A stretch of DNA of 63,318 nucleotides, filler included, from Octopus bimaculoides (Eukaryota): NCBI RefSeq assembly GCF_001194135.2. It is 6 parts of 5 records of this genome, joined end to end, with 100 filler letters (N's around TTAATTAATTAA, not from the genome) between each part and the next. Parts side by side here need not be neighbours in the genome. Positions count along the whole stretch, not along the records: positions 46,857 to 53,998 come from NC_068981.1; positions 54,099 to 63,318 come from NC_069007.1; 4 more parts are not named here. The stretch is one strand, 5' to 3'. Position numbers and translations under genes: made by a program. Below, piece after piece: positions 53,611 to 63,318 of this stretch. The notes below the pieces were generated by a model. It searched no databases and was not told the origin of the DNA. It saw only the letters and a list, made by a program, of their open reading frames with translations. Positions within the stretch are counted from its first letter, which is position 1, and each line of letters begins with the position of its first letter.

Positions 53611-54139
53611 CTTAAATACATGCACGCATACATAGATAGGTATATACATAAAAACAAACACACAGACATACACATATCTATATAGAGAGATAGAGATACA
53701 TATACAAATGTATGCACACATGTAAAGGTATACATATATACATATATGTATATAAATACATACATGCATACATGCCGAGCGTCATACTAATACATCCTTT
53801 TGTTATTTACACCACCTGTCCTCGTCTGTTGTTGTTTTTTTGTATATTCTCCCATATATATATATATATATAATACAAAGAACATATATATACATGTATA
53901 CACACATATATGTACATACTTACATCTACATGTGTATATACATGCATATCAGGGTACAGGACGTTAGAACAATAAACTACAGACAACGGAACGAACACNN
54001 NNNNNNNNNNNNNNNNNNNNNNNNNNNNNNNNNNNNNNNNNNTTAATTAATTAANNNNNNNNNNNNNNNNNNNNNNNNNNNNNNNNNNNNNNNNNNNNGT
54101 AAAGGGAAAAGAAGAAAGAAAAAACAGAACCTAATGCAA

Positions 54140-54540
54140 CAGAGGGGCGGGCTAGGGTTTATGTGTTTATCTCTTCTTCTTCATCGCAAATAAATAAATA
54201 AATAAACGAACAAATAAATAACTAAATACTGCCGATATTATCTTATTTCGCATTATTTGTTATTATCTTTCTCACTAAATATTTTCCTTTATTTTGTTAT
54301 GTTTTACATTACCTTTTTCTGTTGTTCTTTTTAATCTAAAATGGCGGACGTTGAATCTGCGCTCTGATTTCTTTTTTCTTTTTTTTTTTCTGTTTATGTC
54401 TTATTTTATCATTTCCCGAGAAGGAGGAGTTCTCATTAGAACCAATCGACTTTGAATAAATGATGTCTTTAGAGGGGGTGGGGCGGGGTCCCATGTCAGA
54501 TTAACCAATCATGTGACAGCAACAAAAAACTATAATGCAT
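54140..54540. promoter_or_regulatory. Putative PAH core promoter, possibly bidirectional
   Basis: GC boxes 54144-54151 and 54481-54488, CCAAT 54442-54446 and 54505-54509, TATAAT 54531-54536, YY1-type AAAATGGCGG 54338-54347; directly upstream of PAH exon 1. Confidence 0.6.
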
Positions 54541-54746
54541 ACGTGAAGGTTTTAAGGACTTCATCTTGTCATCCTCGTAGTCTTCATCGTCGTTATTGTT
54601 CTTATTGTTGTGGATATTGTTTATATCTTCGAACTATTTACAAGAGTTGAAAAATCAAAGAACCCTTTCTGTGTAGCAAGAACTTACAGTTCTACTAGCG
54701 TTAAACCGTCTTCGAATTTTATTAATTTTTAAAGAATTCAAAGAAA

Positions 54747-54767
54747 ATGAACGGAACCGTTTCAAAT
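54747..54767 (+). CDS. PAH: PAH coding exon 1 (MNGTVSN)
   Basis: gaaaATGAACGGAACCGTTTCAAAT|gtaagt: perfect donor, phase 0 matches the next exon, ~210 nt downstream of the CCAAT/GC/TATA-like cluster. Too short for homology support. Confidence 0.75.
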
Positions 54768-55955
54768 GTAAGTGTGTATCTTTCCTTTCGTGTCATAATG
54801 GTATTATTTCATTACAAACATATTGTAAACATATTGAATGTGTGTGTGTGTGTATTTGTGTACGTGTTTATGGGTGCATACGTGTTTATGTGTGAGTGTG
54901 TAAAGTTGTTTGTATTGGGTTGACTGGGACTTCGAATTTCGTGTCTTGTGGCATGTCCGACTAGATGTGTTTTTGATTTATCCATAAGGGTCGTCGAAAC
55001 CGATTGTTCCAGTCGGCACGATATAGCATGATAACTGTAACTCTGCTAAAAATTTTGCCCTTGAGGCAAAAATTTGAGATAATAATAATAATAATTATTA
55101 TTATTATAATTAACGAGGTGAGCTGGCAGAATCGTTAGCAAGCTGGCCGAAATGCTTAGCGGTGTTTCGCCCGTCGCTACGTTCTGAGTTCAAATTCCGT
55201 GGAGGTCGACTTTGCCTTTCATCCTTTCGAGGTCGATGAATTAAGTACCAGTTACGCACTGAAGTTGATGTGATCGACTATCCCCCTCCCCTCAAATTCC
55301 CGGCCTTGTGCCTATAGTAGAAAGGATTATTATTATGATGAAGGTGGAGAGCTGGCTGAATCGTTAGCACGCCGGGCAAAATGCTTAGCGGTATTTCCTT
55401 AAAATAATACCAGTTGCCCACTGGGGATCGTTGTAATCAACTTCGCCTCTCCCCCGAAATTTCTGGCCTTGTGCCAAAATTTGAAACCAATATAGAGAAT
55501 TTTCTAGTCAACTCCCTAACACTTCCACAAACCCTGCTCTTACCCAAAATCTTACTTAATTTTACTGTGTTTGCTTCCCAACCACATGGTTTCGGGTTCA
55601 GTCCCGCTGTGTGGCACTTTGGGCAAGTGTATCCTACTATAGCCTCAGGCCGAGAGGATTTGGTAGGTGAAAACTGAAAAAAGCCCGTCGTATATATAAT
55701 TGTGTGTGTGTGTGTGTGTGTGTGTCCACCACCGCTTGACAACCGGTGCTGGTGTGTTTATGTCTCCGTAACTTAACAGTTCGGCAAAAGAACCAATAGA
55801 AGATGTACCAGGCTTTAAAAAAAAATAAGTACTGGGGTCGATTCATTCGACTAAAACCTTTTCGAGGCGGTGCTCCAGCATGGCCGCAATCTAATAACTG
55901 AAACAAGTACAAGACCTCTACATCTACGTCTTCAAACTTAGTCTCTTCCTCTGTT

Positions 55956-55997
<42 letters not shown>

Positions 55998-58900
55998 TTT
56001 CTCTCTCTCTCACACACATATGCACATACACGCACACATACCCGTTCACTTTTACTAGCATTCATCTACCCACATCTGTTCATCTGAATTCCTCTCTATC
56101 TTTCCTGCTATGCCATTGCCACCCCACCCACTTCCCACCCCTTNNNNNNNNNNTCTGCTACTTGAAATCTTGAGATTTTTACCATCGAGTAGATATGAAG
56201 AGCTCTGGACTGTTGGACAGAATTAAATTTTTAGAAACAGATTTGTCATTTTCGTTTAATTGCTGAGTTGTTCACACCAGTCACACCACATTCCTTACAC
56301 ACGCACGCACATACATACGCACACATACAAACAAAGACAAATACACACACAAATATACACTCGATTACACTAATACATATATATAGACACACATTAAGGT
56401 GACGAGCTGGTAGAATCGTTAGCACGTTGGACAAAATTTCTTAGCGGCGTTTCGTCCGTCTTTACGTTCTGAGTTCAAATTCCGCCGGGGTTGACTTTGT
56501 TTTTCATCTTTTTGAGGTCGATAAAATAAGTAGCGGTCGATCTTATCGATTAGCCCCTCCCCCAAATTTCAGGCCTTGTGCCCATAGTAGAAAGCAATAT
56601 ATAGATACGCACACACATTCATTCATTCATTCGGTTCTCATTGTGCTTTGTGGTACTTGAGGCAACAACAAGATCATTTCATCTTCTAATACCGAGAGCG
56701 TCCTTGACAGCTTGTTCCATTGTTAACCTTCTGCTTTTAACATCTTTTGCTATTGTTCTCCGCTACGTTTCCTTTGGTCGGCCACGTCTTTTACTTCGTG
56801 GAACCCATTGCAAAACGATCCTGACAAATGCGTTCGGTTTATAGCGACAAACTCGATCCAGCCATTTCCATCTCCTTGCTTCAATAGTTTTCCTTATTAG
56901 TTTCACGTTAGCCTTGGTGTGTAGTTGGCTAGTCGAGATCATATTCGGCCAGTAGAACCTTCAAAATATTTCGTAAACATTTATTTTGAAACACCTCCAA
57001 TTTCTTTTCACCACAAATGCACAGTTCGTTATACTAACATAAATGCACGCACATACATGATCACATACAGATATCCAATTGTTTATACTGATATGTAAAT
57101 GCATACACACACATATGTTCACATATACGTACACACACACACGTGTACATTAACATATACACACGTTCATTCCTACACAAATGCACAATTTGTTATACTA
57201 ATTTACAAGGCGGCGAGCTGGCAGAAACGTTAGTACGCCGGTCAAAATGCTTAGCGACATCTCGTCTGGTTTTACGTTCTGACTTCAAATTCCGCCAAGG
57301 TCGACTTTGCTTTTCATCCTTTTGGGGTCAATAAATTAAGTACCAGTTACGCACTGGTGTCGATGAAATCGACTTTATCCCTTTGTCTGTCCTCTCTATG
57401 TTTAGCCCCCTTGTGGGCAATAAAGAAATAAGAAACGTTAGCACGCCGGTCAAAATGCTTAGTCTGGTTTCACATTCTGCGTTCAAATTCCGCCGTGGTC
57501 GACTTTGCTTTTCATCCTTTCGGGGCCGATAGAATAAATACCAGTTGAGCACTGGGGTAGGTGTAATCGACTTAGCCTCCACCCTACACTCCACCATCTT
57601 CGAAATTGCCGGCCTTGTGCCAAAATTTAAAATCACTGTATAAACACAAATACATACATTTAGATATATTGGTACCCTCAAGTATTTGGGGATTTGTGAG
57701 TCTTTTTAAAAGGGCTCCAGGTCCATTCGGGATTTTGTAATTGCTGATGATGAGGAAGACCGCATTGTTGATGATGATGATGATGAGGAGGAGGAGGAGG
57801 AGGAGGAGGAGGAGGAAGGGAAAGCGTTAGAAGAAGATGATGATGGAGTGTGATGATGTGATGGTGGTAGTGGTGGTGGTAGTTGTGGTGGTGGTGATGA
57901 TGGAGGAGGATGAAGGGTGGTGGTGGTGGTGGTGTTGATGATGGAGATGGGGGTTGTGGTGGTGGTCATGGTGGTGATGATGATGGAGGTTGGTGGTGAT
58001 GATGATGGAGGTTGGTGGTGATGATGATGATGGTGGTGGTGGTGGTGATGATGATGATGGAAACAGTGGTTGTGGTGGTGGTCATGGTGGTGATGATGAC
58101 GGAGGGTGATGGTGGTAGTGGTGGTGGTAGTTGTAACGCTTCTGGGAATGGGATGTTGTTGATAACGCTAATAACCATGTTGCGAATGCCAGTCTACATC
58201 TCCTTTCTCTACAATTTACCTTTTTCTTTTTTACCATTATAAACAGGGAGAGAAAAGGAACCCAGAGTTGAAGACCCACCACAGTTACATCGAAGAATTT
58301 TCGGATTTGGATTCTTCCGTCAGCATCTACTTCACCCTACCTGAGAAAGTTGGTGCCCTGGCCGAAGCTTTGGGAATATTCCAGGTAAGTTCTCAATTTC
58401 AACGAAACAAAAATGCTGGCACTCCGTCGGTTACGACGACGTGGGTTCGATTTGATCCGATCATCTGAACAGCCAGCTCGTGAAATATACTAATTTCTTT
58501 GTTGTTCTTTCTGTTGCAATTTTTTTTTTTACAGAATCACAAAGTCTCGCTTGATCACATTGAGTCTCGCCCATCACGAGAAGATAACAAAAGCTATGAT
58601 TTCTATGTGTCTTGCTCCAACAATGGAGACGAACTTAAAGAAGCCATCAAAGCTCTGAAACAGAAGAGTACATCTTTTCAGATTCTTACAAGGCAAGCTG
58701 AACATGGGGACAAAGCAGAAAGTTAGTTGTCCATTTTATTGTTTGTCGTTATTATTTTGTTCTTTTTCATTAATTTTATTGATTTTGTTATTTAAAAAAA
58801 TAAAATCGTTTTCATTGCACTCAAGTCACTGTAGGTCTATCGTATGCGCGTATACATAAATACATACATACATATATATATGTATGTACGTGTGTATGAT

Positions 58901-60541
58901 CGGATCCCAGCAGCAAGAGCTTCACATTAAAAAAAAAAACAAATGATATTTGCTACATCAACACTTGGTACTATTTGTGTAGGAACCAAACCAAACCCTG
59001 TGTTGTATATTTTATATTTTAGTTCCCTGGTTTCCACGTAAAATTTGCGATTTGGACAAATTTGCCAACATGATACTCAGCTACGGCTCAGAATTGGACG
59101 CCGATCATCCAGTAAGCAATTCTATTTCATAATTTCCCCCAACAAGAAACCCTCTACATGAGCGCCCAATCAGCTATTTCTAATCGATTGAACGAACATG
59201 TAGATGACCCTTGATTCTCATCATGATTCATTGTATCGGAAACATGGTACACTTTAAACTGAAAAGGCTTTATTCATGTAACACAGAACTCCTATTGGTT
59301 TATATTACAACGAAACAGCCCTCTGTTGTCGTTGTGTCTTACTTCCCCTTTACTTTATCTATACATGCCGAGCCATACACAAGTATGTATTTGTTTTTGC
59401 ATTTCAAATTTACGCATGCTGGACAAATCGTTAACATGTCGGATGCTTAGGGCCATTTTTTCCGAATCTTTAAGTTCTAAGTTCAAATACTATCAAGGTC
59501 GACCTTTCGTACTTTAATGGTTGTTAAAATAAGCATCAATTGAATATGGAAGATCAATGTAATCGACTTCCCCCTCAAAATTGATGGACTTGTACCAAAA
59601 TTAGAAAAAATTATTGTTAATAAAATTGTTATAATATAGGTTTCTCATCAGTTCCCCATGGTCGTTCTTGTTTACCCCCACTTTTCGATGACTAACTTAC
59701 AACCCGCAAGCAGCCGATCCTTAGGAAAATGCATAAATTTTGCTCTCTTGGCTCTTGGGCTTACATCGGATTGCTGTTTGAGTTGGAACATTTCACCAGC
59801 GTTCATTATTTTTAAATGTGAAGATATATTCTTGTTTAAGTATACCATTGGTTTAGCAATCAGGACAGTCCTTCTGCGTGTATTAATTTCTTCGTCTATT
59901 CACTTAGGCTTACATTATTAAAGGAGTTTTTTAGTAATATTTGTCTGTAGCCAGGCCACAAAGCCAAGCTAATTCGACATCCAAGAATCTATTGTGTGCC
60001 ACAACTTTACCAACCGGTTGCTTTCCAATCAATGAACCAAATTTTCTTTTATGTTACAGTTATATCAGCTGTAACACGTTCTATGATACATCTGTTTCAT
60101 TCGTTCTGCGTTACAGCTGCCATTCTGTTTCTGTCACATCTGTAACATTTTTTTTTTCTCTTTTGTTCTTCGTTACAACTTTACTTAACAAATTTTCTAG
60201 GGATTTACAGACCCTGTGTACCGAGCCAGGCGGAAAGAGTTTGCTGATATCGCTTACAACTATCGTCAGTAAGTATAAACTATGAATACATTAAAACCAA
60301 AACGTAAATTTTCAACCAACCAAACTGACGATAAGGTTTCGATTCTCAGTCAAAGCCACTTGATTTTAATGGTTTATTTCGCATCTGCTGGGCAATAGTT
60401 TGGTTGCTAAAATGCTTTCAGCAAGCCAGTTTCTGAGTAATTGTATTTCTGATGTCAAGAATGAAAAGGGATAGTTTGTAGCATTCGGACTGGACAAATA
60501 CCGCAAAGTGCATCTTTATTCGAAAGCACTGGTTTAACGAT

Positions 60542-60584
<43 letters not shown>

Positions 60585-60759
60585 TATATTATATTTGGCA
60601 CGGGCGTGGCTGCGTGGTAAGAAGCTTGCTTCCCAACCACATGGTTCCGGGTTCAGTCCCACTGCGTGGAATCTTGAGCAAGTGTCTTCTGCTTTAGTTT
60701 CGAACCGACTCCTTGTGTGTGGATTTGGTAGACAGAAACGGAAAATAACCCATCGACTA

Positions 60760-60792
<33 letters not shown>

Positions 60793-62552
60793 ACGTATGC
60801 ATGTATGTATGCTGCACGTACGTACATACATACCTTCAGACACGCACAATGATTTGTTTTGTTTCTTTTTTCTTTTAGTGGCCAACCTATTCCAAGAATT
60901 AAATACACAGATCTCGAGATCGAGACCTGGTAAGTATTGTGTGTGTGTGCGTGTGTAATGTGCGCGAGCGCCAGCGCATGCAAACGTAAGACGATGTTGA
61001 GTCCTAAAATTCATTTTTACATAAACATCTAACCCTTAAATAAGCTGGGAAAACAAATAAACAATTTATTCAACATAGATGATTTATTTACATATTGTGT
61101 TTGTACGAGGAGGTGTTGAAAAGTTCCTGGCTTTGGGCTAAAGAAAATAGAGGAGGATCAGTTAATTATGATTCTATTCAACATATTCCTCTCTCAGATT
61201 CACACACTTATTGCAGCGGTCCTTCAGTTTTTCTATGCCCAGTAAAGGAACTAGGAAGGTTGGGCCGCCAACCAGGTCTTTCGAGATACTCGTAAAGGCA
61301 GGAACCTTTCAGTACCCTCCTCGTAATCATGGCCCCTTTCCAAAACTGTATTACAGGAGGGCGGTATAGCTGTGTCCGAGATTATCATTATAATTGTTTG
61401 TGTTTTAAATGGAAGCAAATAATTTTATAGAAGCTAAAATACGAATTCCGATACTTTGTTTTTGAAAGGAGAACCATCTTCAGGGAACTCACAAATCTAT
61501 ATTCGACGCATGCGTGTAAACAATTTCGTCACATTTTCCCATTGCTTATGGACAATTGCGGCTATAATGAAAACAATATTCCACAGTTGGAAGATGTCTC
61601 CAAATTTCTTCAAGGTATTCTTCAATTCTTTCAAATCAATTGTGATCTGTATCGATTAACACAGTCAAATTACTGAAACAAATAAAAGAAAAGAATGTGT
61701 GGACATGTATCTATGTATGTATCTATGTGGTGCAATATCAGCGCCGAGCAGTGTTTAGGCCTAAGCGAACTTTAGGTTAGTTACAAAATGTTTGTGACTG
61801 ACAAATTTCGACTTCTAAAGGCAAATTCACTACAGTTAACATTGCGAAAATATTCTCTCTTACGGTAAAAAGGTTAAAAACACTGCATCTGTCCGGTGCT
61901 GCCCCTTGTCAGATTCCTAGACATGTGTCTAGCTCTTTAGCCGTTATCAATGGGAAATACCGAAGAGAGGCAACTCTGGGCAGACTTAAAGCCGTAGCTT
62001 TAACTAAAACGCAATCAACAGTATTGACTGCCTTACACCATTAGACAAGTATGTATGTATATGATGTAAAATATATATTAGGTTTAAAGCAGAAGAATTG
62101 TGGCCGTTTGAATGCCATTTGGCATATGAATATAAAATATTTCACTTAAACCAAATCAATCTAACCAACAATCTATTGTAAAATACCTATCTTGAAAACG
62201 AAACGAAACGAAAGATTTAGCCATTCCTAATCATTTTATATCATATTATATGTTATCTACTATATAACAGATTGTACTGGATTTCGTTTGCGTCCCGTTG
62301 CCGGTTTATTGTCCTCGCGAGATTTTCTGGCAGGTTTAGCTTTCCGAGTATTTCATTCCACACAATATATTAGGCATCCATCTAAACCACACTATACGCC
62401 CGAACCGTAAGTAATTTCTTTCTAGCTATGCTAAAATATTCGTTCAATTATTGTATTTCATATTCCATTTTGAGCAGGATTGAACCATTGAGCGTTTTTT
62501 TCCTTACGAGTTTCCAACGGCATCTGTATTGAAGATGTTAAGAATGATTTTA

Positions 62553-62588
<36 letters not shown>

Positions 62589-63171
62589 TGTGTTAATTTG
62601 CTCTATTCAAGGGAAGCAACTTACAAGAAATATCAGGCATGAGCTTTTACCCACAGTTGTGGTGTGCGAATTATAGAAAATTTACCACTCAGTGTGAATT
62701 GGATAGCCATACGTGTCATTTCATCAGCAATATTCAGCCGGTGAAACTAACAGTAGCAATTAATATGGCCATTCGTATTGTACAAATACACATGTCTATA
62801 AATCTCTCACGCGCTGAAATTTTCACTAAGTCATAAATTTTTCATAAGTAAGACTTAAAGCACAAACATAAAACGTCATCTCTCGTACTTATTCCATTAA
62901 ATACATAACAGCCCCGTTGAACAGATATTATTTTTATTCAAGAAGATTATAAAGGAAAATCGAACACGAATATTAGATAGAAGGTATTGAATAATCATTT
63001 TCGCCTTTCATGATTATTTTACTTTCTTTTTTTTTTTTTTCCAGAGACGTATGTCACGAACTTTTGGGTCACGTTCCTTTGTTTGCAGACCCAGCATTTG
63101 CACAATTTTCCCAAGAGATTGGTTTAGCCAGTCTTGGGGCGCCTGATGAATACGTACAAAAACTTGCAACC
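54747..63171 (+). CDS. PAH: Phenylalanine-4-hydroxylase, spliced and 3'-partial: join(54747-54767,58247-58384,58535-58721,59023-59111,60201-60268,60879-60929,61469-61614,62271-62406,63045-63171), 963 nt = 321 aa
   Basis: All nine exons have GT/AG boundaries and join in frame. ACT domain has GAL and HIESRP. Catalytic domain has [48 protein letters not shown] (two iron-binding His). HVPLF and GAPDEY are PAH/Henna-type rather than TPH (HVPLL, GAS..) or TH (HVPML). Exons equivalent to human 10-13 lie beyond the window. Confidence 0.96.
55112..55480 (+). mobile_element. Two tandem SINE family B copies in PAH intron 1
   Basis: gagctggcagaatcgttagc heads near 55120 and 55348; second copy internally deleted. 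Confidence 0.88.
55570..55910 (+). mobile_element. SINE family A in PAH intron 1
   Basis: Colinear with 48881-49280. Confidence 0.9.
56395..56600 (+). mobile_element. SINE family B in PAH intron 1
   Basis: aaggtgacgagctggtagaatcgttagcac...ggccttgtgcccatagtagaaag. Confidence 0.9.
56640..56950 (-). mobile_element. RTE LINE 3' end, antisense in PAH intron 1
   Basis: Minus translation WPNMIS...[14 protein letters not shown]...[21 protein letters not shown]. Confidence 0.8.
57206..57630 (+). mobile_element. Dimeric SINE family B in PAH intron 1
   Basis: Same unit-linker-unit layout and linker as 49660-50058. Confidence 0.9.
57765..58135. repeat. (GAT)/(GAG)/(GGT)n low-complexity block just upstream of PAH exon 2
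   Basis: Direct inspection. Confidence 0.9.
58247..58384 (+). CDS. PAH: PAH exon 2 ([17 protein letters not shown]...[12 protein letters not shown])
   Basis: Acceptor aaacag| after a pyrimidine tract, donor CAG|gtaagt; SYIE and GAL motifs; 3' boundary equals human intron 2 position. Confidence 0.92.
58535..58721 (+). CDS. PAH: PAH exon 3 ([15 protein letters not shown]...HGDKAE), ACT domain
   Basis: tttttttacag| acceptor, A|gttagt donor in phase 1, HIESRP motif. Confidence 0.95.
59023..59111 (+). CDS. PAH: PAH exon 4 ([30 protein letters not shown])
   Basis: 89 bp, same as human PAH exon 4; ttttag| and |gtaagc. Confidence 0.97.
59405..59605 (+). mobile_element. SINE family B, diverged, in PAH intron 4
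   Basis: gttctaagttcaaatactatcaaggtcgacc...gtaccaaaattagaaaaaattatt. Confidence 0.72.
60201..60268 (+). CDS. PAH: PAH exon 5 ([23 protein letters not shown])
   Basis: 68 bp, same as human exon 5; ttctag| and |gtaagt. Confidence 0.97.
60597..60790 (+). mobile_element. SINE family A, 5' half, in PAH intron 5
   Basis: gggcgtggctgcgtggtaagaagcttgcttcccaaccacatggttccgggttcagtcccactgcgtgg. Confidence 0.9.
60879..60929 (+). CDS. PAH: PAH exon 6 ([17 protein letters not shown]), 5' part of human exon 6
   Basis: 51 bp; tcttttag| and TG|gtaagt. Confidence 0.96.
61104..61325. mobile_element. Mariner-derived MITE in PAH intron 6
   Basis: TA-flanked ~31 bp imperfect TIRs: tacgaggaggtgttgaaaagttcctggcttt / aaaggcaggaacctttcagtaccctcctcgta; no ORF. 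Confidence 0.9.
61469..61614 (+). CDS. PAH: PAH exon 7 ([16 protein letters not shown]...[12 protein letters not shown]), 3' part of human exon 6
   Basis: 146 bp (51+146=197, the human exon 6 length); tttgaaag| and G|gtattc. Confidence 0.96.
62271..62406 (+). CDS. PAH: PAH exon 8 ([46 protein letters not shown])
   Basis: 136 bp, same as human exon 7; taacag| and CC|gtaagt. Confidence 0.98.
63045..63171 (+). CDS. PAH: PAH exon 9 ([42 protein letters not shown])
   Basis: 127 bp = human exons 8+9 (70+57) fused; polyT-ccag| and ACC|gtaagt; HELLGH iron ligands. Confidence 0.98.
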
Positions 63172-63281
63172 GTAAGTAAAGTAGAACCACAATATTTTGT
63201 AGCACTTTTTGGTATGTTCTTTCCAGATAAAAATGCAGATAAAAATTTGCGGTTGTTGTTTCATATTGTGCTGACCGTCGG

Positions 63282-63318
<37 letters not shown>

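Noticed and set aside
3340-53769. Long ORFs in the track made of X, or of YI/HT/CV/LS dipeptides
   Set aside because: Artifacts of N gaps and dinucleotide microsatellites.
10317-54054. Five copies of TTAATTAATTAA, each centred in N runs
   Set aside because: Scaffolding placeholder with stops in six frames; not biological. Order and distance across these joins are uncertain.
54342-54368. Short + strand ORF MADVESAL* upstream of PAH
   Set aside because: The ATGGCGG is part of the YY1-type motif and lies upstream of the predicted PAH TSS; no evidence it is translated.
3995-60790. Recurring near-identical segments that could be mistaken for CRISPR or a tandem array
   Set aside because: Dispersed, both orientations, irregular spacing, tRNA-like heads: these are SINEs. 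No cas genes; eukaryotic context.
54747-63171. Alternative assignment of the hydroxylase as TPH or TH
   Set aside because: HVPLF, GAPDEY, SYIE and [12 protein letters not shown] match PAH/Henna; TH has a longer N-terminus and HVPML, TPH has HVPLL and GAS.

Overview
Repeat-rich, AT-rich animal genomic DNA with many N gaps; the repeat families point to an Octopus scaffold (inference). One protein-coding gene can be assigned: phenylalanine hydroxylase (PAH, Henna-like) on the + strand. Nine GT-AG exons at 54747-63171 encode the first 321 aa, and the gene runs off the right edge. Upstream of it is a CCAAT/GC-box/YY1 promoter that may be bidirectional. The remaining ~54 kb holds tRNA-derived SINEs (at least three families), decayed LINEs (RTE, CR1/L2-group, R4/Dong), two decayed mariner transposons, a mariner MITE, foldback elements, microsatellites and a few unassigned candidate exons. 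Best leads: (1) a full-length 5S rRNA copy fused to a SINE-type 3' tail and A12, a candidate 5S-derived SINE (SINE3); (2) a head-to-head tRNA-SINE palindrome with (TAA)n tails sitting among R4 fragments; (3) a ~1.9 kb ORF1-only (HAL1-like) retroelement; (4) a PAH intron pattern that mixes TH-like and TPH-like features. No CRISPR or prokaryotic system is present. No database searches were run, so family assignments rest on motif recognition and recalled sequences, and repeat boundaries are approximate.
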